Assembly (NCBI GenBank): GCA_038727135.1
Contig: JAVYWL010000001.1
Coordinates: forward strand, 288,001 to 352,000
Direction of reading: 5' to 3'
Source: Candidatus Bathyarchaeia archaeon
GTDB lineage: Archaea; Thermoproteota; Bathyarchaeia; Bathyarchaeales; Bathycorpusculaceae
Length of the DNA: 64,000 nt
The stretch's first letter is position 1. Each line of letters opens with the position of its first letter. Below the pieces are notes generated by a model. The model did not search any database and was not told the DNA's origin. It saw only the letters and a program-made list of their open reading frames with translations. Position numbers and translations under genes: made by a program. Below, one piece after another: positions 58,192-64,000 of the stretch.

Positions 58192-59922
58192 CTAGGTTTT
58201 AGCAGCCAGTTTTTTAAGCTCCTCTTCTCGCAAGACCCTTCGGAGAACCTTGCCGACAGCGCTTAACGGAAGTTCTTTACGAATTTCCAACTCTCTAATC
58301 GCTTTGTAGGGTGCAACCTTCTCGTTCACAAATTTCATTAGCTCCTCTTCGGTAGCGGCCATCCCATCTTTTAGCACAACGAAGGCTTTTGGAATTTCAC
58401 CAGCAACTGGGTCTGGTTTACCGATTACTCCGCAGAGTTTCACGGCTGGATGCTCATATAAGACATCTTCAAGTTCTCTTGGATAGACGCTGTAGCCCTT
58501 ATACTTGATCAAGTCTTTCTTCCGGTCTGTTATATAGAAGTAGCCATCCTCGTCCATTTTTCCAATGTCTCCCGTGTAAAGCCAACCGTTTCTCAAGACT
58601 TCGGCTGTTTCCTCCGGCATTTTCCAGTAACCCTTCATCACTTGGGGACCCTTAACTATCAGTTCACCGATTTCTCCCGGTGGGAGCTCTTTTTCACCCG
58701 TTTCTATGTCAACTATTTTCGCGTCAGTGTCAGGCCACGGTATCCCTATTGAGCCTATCTTAACAGTTTTCATGGTCTTGTCAAGAGGATTAGCATGTGT
58801 TACGGGCGATGACTCTGTAAGCCCATAACCCTCAACCAAAACGCCGCCGGTAACCTCCATAAACTTCTTCTGAACTTCCGGTGGAAGTGGGGCCGCACCG
58901 GATACGCAGAATTTTATTGATGTGAGGTCGTATTTTTTGAGGTCTGGATGGGCTATGAGCATGGCATACATTGTCGGCGCGCCACAGAACACTGTCACCC
59001 GGTATTTGTGGATGGCTTCTAGGACGGCTACAGGGTCAAAGCGGGGCAGCATAACCATTGTCCCGGCGAAGAATATTGGGGCGTTCATACTTGTTGTCAT
59101 GCCGTAAATGTGGAATAACGGAAGCACCGTCAAAACGACTTCTTCGCCCTCATTGGCTTGCAGCCACTCTTTGCACATAAGAGCGTTTGAAACAAGATTC
59201 ATGTGGGTAAGCATAGCTCCTTTAGAGATACCAGTGGTTCCGCCTGTGTATTGAAGGGCGGCCAAATCCTCCCTCGGGTTTATTTCAACTTTTGGCGGTT
59301 TAGCCTCGTATTTCGCCATCAGCTCCGTAAAGAAGTAAACGTTGGCTCTGCGTTCTACCTTTTGGGACGGAATCTTTTTCAGCAGGGAACCTAAAACAGC
59401 TTTGAAGGTTGGCATGTAATCCTTTAGGCCTGCCACTACAACGTTTCGAAGCTTTGTCTTCTCCCAAACCTTCTCCACAATTGGGTAAAGCATGTCAAGA
59501 ACAACTATTGTTTCGGCTTCGGAATCGTTTAGCTGGTGTTCAACCTCCCGCTCCCTATAAAGCGGGCTTATCGCAGTGACAATTGCTCCAGCCTTCAAAG
59601 CACCATAATATGAAATTACGAACTGTGGAATGTTTGGAAGATATATGGCAACCTTGTCTCCCTTTTTCACACCTAAATCAACTAAAGCTGTTGCAAACTT
59701 GTCAGAAAGTAAATCCAGCTCCTTATAGGTCATTTTTCTGTCAAAGTAGATTATCGCAGTTTTATCCGGGTACTTTTTGGCGGAATCCCTTAAAAACTCG
59801 AAAAGGGGAACCTCAGGGTAGTCTATGTGTTTTCTAACACCTGGAGGCCAAAACTTGTACCATGGTTTTTCCGGCTTTTCAATTTTCTCCTCTGCAACCT
59901 TCTTTTTCCTTTTAGCTGGCAT
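58192..59922 (-). CDS. fadD: long-chain fatty acid--CoA ligase
   Basis: QYTGGTTGISKGA, EGYGLTE, LYTGDIG, DRKKDLI, SAVGK. Confidence 0.92.
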   Translation of the reverse strand: MPAKRKKKVAEEKIEKPEKPWYKFWPPGVRKHIDYPEVPLFEFLRDSAKKYPDKTAIIYFDRKMTYKELDLLSDKFATALVDLGVKKGDKVAIYLPNIPQFVISYYGALKAGAIVTAISPLYREREVEHQLNDSEAETIVVLDMLYPIVEKVWEKTKLRNVVVAGLKDYMPTFKAVLGSLLKKIPSQKVERRANVYFFTELMAKYEAKPPKVEINPREDLAALQYTGGTTGISKGAMLTHMNLVSNALMCKEWLQANEGEEVVLTVLPLFHIYGMTTSMNAPIFFAGTMVMLPRFDPVAVLEAIHKYRVTVFCGAPTMYAMLIAHPDLKKYDLTSIKFCVSGAAPLPPEVQKKFMEVTGGVLVEGYGLTESSPVTHANPLDKTMKTVKIGSIGIPWPDTDAKIVDIETGEKELPPGEIGELIVKGPQVMKGYWKMPEETAEVLRNGWLYTGDIGKMDEDGYFYITDRKKDLIKYKGYSVYPRELEDVLYEHPAVKLCGVIGKPDPVAGEIPKAFVVLKDGMAATEEELMKFVNEKVAPYKAIRELEIRKELPLSAVGKVLRRVLREEELKKLAAKT

Positions 59923-59977
59923 ATCAAACCCTATTAAAGATATTTTCGGTTTTTGAAGTAATAATACTTTCCATGTT

Positions 59978-60409
59978 TTACTCTGGCCGAGTAAACTCGT
60001 AGGTTGGATGCCCTTCAGAGGTTAGCTTTGCCACAAGTTTAGCTTTCATCCCCACTTTAACCTCTGAAAGCTTGAATCCCGTAAGCCATGCAAGCACCCT
60101 AACGCCTTCATTAAGTCTGCCGATGGCTACAGTGTAGGGTTTTTCATGCTGGAAGGTTGTTGGCCTAACAACCACATGCGTGAAGGTCTCTATTGTTGCT
60201 TCATTGCTGAGTTCAACCCACTCCATGTCAGAGGTTAAGCAGTTTGAGCAGTCAGCAACTGGCGGGAAATACAGCTTTCCACATTTTTTGCATTTTGTAG
60301 CTAAGATTTTCCCCTGTTTAAGACCTTCCCAAAACTGAAGAGTCTTGCTTATGGGAATATCCTGTACTATTTTTACCTCTCTCGATTTTATGGAGGGCAT
60401 AGCCGCCAT
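59978..60409 (-). CDS. DUF35 Zn-ribbon/OB-fold thiolase partner protein
   Basis: FWEGL, CKKCG...PP...CSNC, PYTVA; adjacent to thiolase. Confidence 0.9.
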   Translation of the reverse strand: MAAMPSIKSREVKIVQDIPISKTLQFWEGLKQGKILATKCKKCGKLYFPPVADCSNCLTSDMEWVELSNEATIETFTHVVVRPTTFQHEKPYTVAIGRLNEGVRVLAWLTGFKLSEVKVGMKAKLVAKLTSEGHPTYEFTRPE

Positions 60410-60413
60410 TTTC

Positions 60414-61586
60414 TCATCTCCTTAAAATTGTCACGTAACAATAGTGTCCGGTTCCGCCCACATTATGGGCTAAGGCGACGTAATTTTTCATCGGGACCTG
60501 TCTACTCTTTTCAACAGCTTCCTCTCTCAACTGTTTTGTCAATTCGTATATCATTGAGCACCCCGTTGTGCCAATCGGGTGCCCCTTTGCCTTTAAGCCT
60601 CCGTCGACGTTCACTGGGATTTTTCCGCCAATTTCTGTTTGTCCTTCTCTGATTAGTTTGGCGCCTTCGCCTTTTTTACAGAAGCCTAAATCCTCATACG
60701 CCATTATTTCGGCTATGGTGAAGCAGTCGTGGACCACTGCAACGTCAATCTGGTCTGGCGTCGCATTTGCCATTTTGTAGGCTTTTTGGGCTGCTGTCAC
60801 ACTGGCTTCCAATCCAACATAGTCAAGTCTTTTGCTCATGTTGGCTGTTCCAGAGGCGTATCCTATGCCCGCAACCCAAACTGGCGTATCAACTTTAAGC
60901 TCTTTAACCTTCTCTTCGGAAGCTAGGATTATTGAGGCGGCTCCATCAGTTACAGGACAGCAGTCGAAGAGTTTTAGGGGTGCGGCAATAACCATTGAAG
61001 ATAAAACGTCGTCAACTGTTATTCTGTTTTGGAGATGGGCTATCGGGTTCATGGAGGCGTACTTGTGGTTTTTAACGGCAACCAGCGCCAAATCCTCCTC
61101 TGTTGTGCCAAATCTCGCCATGTGAGCAGTTGCATATAAAGCATAATAAGCTGGAAAGGTTAAGCCGAAGTTGTGGAACTCCCATAGGTAGTATCCAGCC
61201 CTTCCAATCCACTCCATCATCGTAGGAGTGTCGATCTCCCGCATCTTTTCAACGCCTAGAGCTGCCGCAATCTCAACTTGCCCGCTTGCCACAGTCCAGT
61301 AGGCTGTTGCAAAGGCAGCGCTTCCACTTGCGCAGGCGGCTTCGCAGCGCACAAGCCCAGCCCCGGTTAAGCCACAATATTCGGCTGAAACCACGGCTGG
61401 GAGTAGCTCCTCATACCATGCTCCGGCGCCGGTTGAGCCAACAGCGACAAACTCTATGTCTTTTGGCGTTATCCCAGCATCCTCAATAGATGGCTTAAAA
61501 GCCTCAAAGGCGAGCTCCGCCACATTAACATCGTTTCTAACTCCGAACTTGGAGCTGCCAACACCAATGATTGCAACTTTCCTCAT
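60414..61586 (-). CDS. thiolase (archaeal SCP2-like acetyl-CoA acyltransferase)
   Basis: EAACASGS, VHDCF, GGLKAKGHPIGTTG, HNVGG. Confidence 0.92.
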   Translation of the reverse strand: MRKVAIIGVGSSKFGVRNDVNVAELAFEAFKPSIEDAGITPKDIEFVAVGSTGAGAWYEELLPAVVSAEYCGLTGAGLVRCEAACASGSAAFATAYWTVASGQVEIAAALGVEKMREIDTPTMMEWIGRAGYYLWEFHNFGLTFPAYYALYATAHMARFGTTEEDLALVAVKNHKYASMNPIAHLQNRITVDDVLSSMVIAAPLKLFDCCPVTDGAASIILASEEKVKELKVDTPVWVAGIGYASGTANMSKRLDYVGLEASVTAAQKAYKMANATPDQIDVAVVHDCFTIAEIMAYEDLGFCKKGEGAKLIREGQTEIGGKIPVNVDGGLKAKGHPIGTTGCSMIYELTKQLREEAVEKSRQVPMKNYVALAHNVGGTGHYCYVTILRR

Positions 61587-61650
61587 TTGACCACTCTTCT
61601 ATTGGACTTCAAATTTGGAACAATTAAAAATGTGGGAAATGGTGGGATGC

Positions 61651-62439
61651 TTACTTTCCTTTGAATTCGGCTTTCCGCCTTGACATGAAGGCTTCTACGC
61701 CTTCTTTCAGGTCTTCTGTTGAGAAGGTTAGACCCATAAGGGCTGATTCTATGCGTAAGCCCGCATCCAAAGGCACTTGCGTTCCAAAGTTTATGGCGAA
61801 TTTCGCATACTTCAAAGCGATTGGCGGTCCCTCGCTCAGTTTTTTAGCTAGCTCACGAACTTCGTCCCTAAGCTTCTCGTAATGCACAACCTTGTGTACC
61901 AAACCAATTCTTAGGGCTTCTTCAGCCTTAAGCCTTGTTCCAAGCATGACCATTTCTTTAGCCTTTGCCAAGCCGACAATCCTAACAAGCCTCTGGGTCC
62001 CGCCCCAACCGGGGATAAGCCCCAAGTTTACTTCTGGGCTTCCTAGTTCGGCGTGTTCGGCGGCTATCCTGAAGTCACATGCCAATGCTAGTTCTAAGCC
62101 TCCGCCGAGGGCGAAGCCGTTAATTGCCGCTATAACTGGTTTTGACATTTCCTCAATTTTACTGAAAACCTTCTGCCCTAGCCTAGAAAACTCCTCAGCC
62201 TTAACGGGTGTTGCCTTTGGAAACATTGTCACGTCTGCGCCAGCGCTAAAGGATCTGTCGCCTTCTCCGGTTATTACAACACACCTAACGGAGGGGTCTC
62301 TGTCGGCTGTATCTAGGGCGTCTGCAAGCTCCTCCATCAAAACGTCATTGAAAGCGTTCAGCCTATGTGGCCTGTTTAGGATTATCCATAGAACGCTGTC
62401 TTCCCTCTCAATTTTTAGGGTTTCGTATGCTTTGCTCAT
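61651..62439 (-). CDS. enoyl-CoA hydratase
   Basis: LNRPHRLNA, FSAGAD, ALGGGLELALACD, PEVNLGLIPGWGGTQRL. Confidence 0.93.
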   Translation of the reverse strand: MSKAYETLKIEREDSVLWIILNRPHRLNAFNDVLMEELADALDTADRDPSVRCVVITGEGDRSFSAGADVTMFPKATPVKAEEFSRLGQKVFSKIEEMSKPVIAAINGFALGGGLELALACDFRIAAEHAELGSPEVNLGLIPGWGGTQRLVRIVGLAKAKEMVMLGTRLKAEEALRIGLVHKVVHYEKLRDEVRELAKKLSEGPPIALKYAKFAINFGTQVPLDAGLRIESALMGLTFSTEDLKEGVEAFMSRRKAEFKGK

Positions 62440-62490
62440 GGTTTCACCAAACCATGTTTTATGGAATAGCCTATATTACTTTTGGGAGAT

Positions 62491-63645
62491 TTAGAACTTT
62501 CTTAGAAGATACTTGAGCACAGTCAGTTTCTGAATCTCGCTGGTGCCCTCGTAAATCTCGGTTATTTTTGCGTCTCTGTGGTATCTTTCAACACGGTATT
62601 CGCCCAGATAGCCATAACCGCCCAATGTTTGGATGGCGAAGTCTGTAGCTTCCATCGCCACACGGCTTGCGTACTGTTTTGCCATGGCTGTTGCCATCGG
62701 GTCCATTTTTCCAACATCTATAAGCCAAGCAGCCTTGTAGGTAAGGAGTCTTGCAGCCTCTATTTTTGTGGCTAACTCCGCCAAGGTGCAGCCTATGGCT
62801 TCATGCTGGATTATGGGCTGCCCGAAGGCTTCCCTCTGCTTTGAGTATCTGAAGGCTATTTCCCAGGCGCCTTGAGCCATGCCGACGGCTTGAGCCGCCA
62901 CACCAACCCGTGTTTTGTCGAAGAACTCCATTGAGTGGTAGAAGCCTCTGTTAAGCTCGCCTACAATATGCCAGTCGGAAACCTTAACATTGTCAAAGCG
63001 CACTTCGCCAGTTTCAGAACACCTAATCCCCATCTTATTATGAAGCTTTGTTACCTCTAGTCCAGGCGTTCCCTTATCAACGACAAAAAGGGTTTCGCCT
63101 CTATAGGTTGGTCTAACCTTCGTATCTGTTTGTGTCAGCACTACTATGAAGTCAGCTATTGTGGCATTTGTTATGAAGGTTTTTGTGCCGTTAATCCACC
63201 ATTCATTCCCGTATTTTGTGGCTGTTGTCTCCATGCGGGTTATGTCGCTTCCGCTTACGTTTGGCTCTGTGAAAGCTGCCGCTGACGTAAAATCACCTCT
63301 GCAAATCGGTGGCAGATATTTCTCCTTCTGCTCTTTCGTGCCATATGCCAATATTAATTCGCTGCCAAAGTTTCCGCTTGAAATAGCTACGCCGAGCGAC
63401 GAGTCAGCTCTGCACATTTCCTCGATTACAAGACATGTTTCCAGAAGCCCGTATCCTTGTCCGCCATACTCTTGTGGGAAGAACATGCTTGTGAAACCCA
63501 GCTTTGCCGCTTTTTTGTAAAGCTCCATTGGAAACTCTTCTTTGCGGTCAAGCTCCAAGGCTAGTTCTGGCTTGAACTCCTTTTCGCAGAACTCCCTCAC
63601 AGCATTTTTTATTCCAATCTGCTCTTCTGTTAATTCAAACTTCAC
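62491..63645 (-). CDS. acyl-CoA dehydrogenase
   Basis: FTEPNVSGSD, NGTKTFITN, QTLGGYGY, IYEGTSEIQ. Confidence 0.94.
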   Translation of the reverse strand: MKFELTEEQIGIKNAVREFCEKEFKPELALELDRKEEFPMELYKKAAKLGFTSMFFPQEYGGQGYGLLETCLVIEEMCRADSSLGVAISSGNFGSELILAYGTKEQKEKYLPPICRGDFTSAAAFTEPNVSGSDITRMETTATKYGNEWWINGTKTFITNATIADFIVVLTQTDTKVRPTYRGETLFVVDKGTPGLEVTKLHNKMGIRCSETGEVRFDNVKVSDWHIVGELNRGFYHSMEFFDKTRVGVAAQAVGMAQGAWEIAFRYSKQREAFGQPIIQHEAIGCTLAELATKIEAARLLTYKAAWLIDVGKMDPMATAMAKQYASRVAMEATDFAIQTLGGYGYLGEYRVERYHRDAKITEIYEGTSEIQKLTVLKYLLRKF

Positions 63646-63999
63646 CTAGTAGAACCCCCTTCCAGTTTTCTTACCAAGCCAGCCCCTGCTAACATACTCT
63701 TCTAGCAGCGGGCATGGCTTATACATTTCCATGTTGTATTTGGCGTAAAGCTCCTTCAACTTGTTAACAATAACGTCTATACCAGTTCTATCCGCGTACT
63801 CGCATGGACCGGACGGCCAATAGGTTCCCAGTTTCATTCCGGTGTCTATGTCTGCTGGGGTTGCCGCATCTTCATGCACTAGCCATGCAGCCTCGTTTAC
63901 GGCTACAGCCCAAGACCTTTCAACATCATACTCTTCCATCAAATTGAAGGGTATTCTTGGTCTCCCCTTAGTCCAGTCGTAGAAACCGACGCCTGTTTT
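63646..63999 (-). CDS. 3-hydroxyacyl-CoA dehydrogenase, C-terminal part (truncated by window edge)
   Basis: KTGVGFYDW, then VNEAAWL...DIDTGMKLG...GPCEYAD...LGKKTGRGFY. Confidence 0.88.
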   Translation of the reverse strand, partial: KTGVGFYDWTKGRPRIPFNLMEEYDVERSWAVAVNEAAWLVHEDAATPADIDTGMKLGTYWPSGPCEYADRTGIDVIVNKLKELYAKYNMEMYKPCPLLEEYVSRGWLGKKTGRGFY

Positions 64000-64000
64000 T

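Noticed and set aside
56540-59975. Shared ACCCTATTAAA and AGTAATA motifs upstream of trmB and fadD as a regulon signal
   Set aside because: On the coding strand they coincide with TATA/BRE and RBS-like elements and differ in order and spacing
320-63520. Many 60-200 aa ORFs antisense to or nested in recognised genes (for example 25113-25628, 38999-39508, 44650-45225, 47222-47761, 61892-62494)
   Set aside because: Shadow ORFs of well-supported genes; Ser/Phe-rich composition expected from the reverse complement of Lys/Glu-rich coding sequence; no motifs
1-64000. CRISPR array, rRNA genes, intact IS elements, known anti-phage defence genes
   Set aside because: No regularly spaced repeats, rRNA-like sequence, transposase or recognisable defence ORF seen

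Overview
Gene-dense archaeal chromosome segment. Gene content (aCPSF1, proteasome beta subunit, G1P dehydrogenase, SepF, tetraether synthase, archaeal ribosomal proteins) fits a TACK-type archaeon, most likely Bathyarchaeia; the taxon is an inference. Most of the window is housekeeping: the rpl22-to-cmk ribosomal/SecY cluster (36.7-48.7 kb, with an Hsp20 gene inserted and no adenylate kinase), [NiFe]-hydrogenase maturation genes (hypA with ATP-type hypB, and hypE/D/C/F), a beta-oxidation cluster beside tes, tRNA-Gly(GCC) and tRNA-Cys(GCA). A 5.1-kb AT-rich integrative element sits in the 3' end of tRNA-Cys, bounded by an exact 30-bp direct repeat. It carries a tyrosine recombinase with an altered catalytic signature and three membrane-anchored or exported cargo genes. 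The best candidate for an undescribed system is at 31.3-34.6 kb. There a threonine-synthase-fold protein lacking the PLP Schiff-base lysine (SFRDR for SFKDR) is fused to a PadR-type winged helix. It lies directly upstream of a perfect 9-6-9 palindrome in the promoter of an ECF S-component plus PurM/ThiL-fold ATPase pair, suggesting a vitamin-sensing regulator and salvage module. All calls come from motif recognition by eye; no searches were run.
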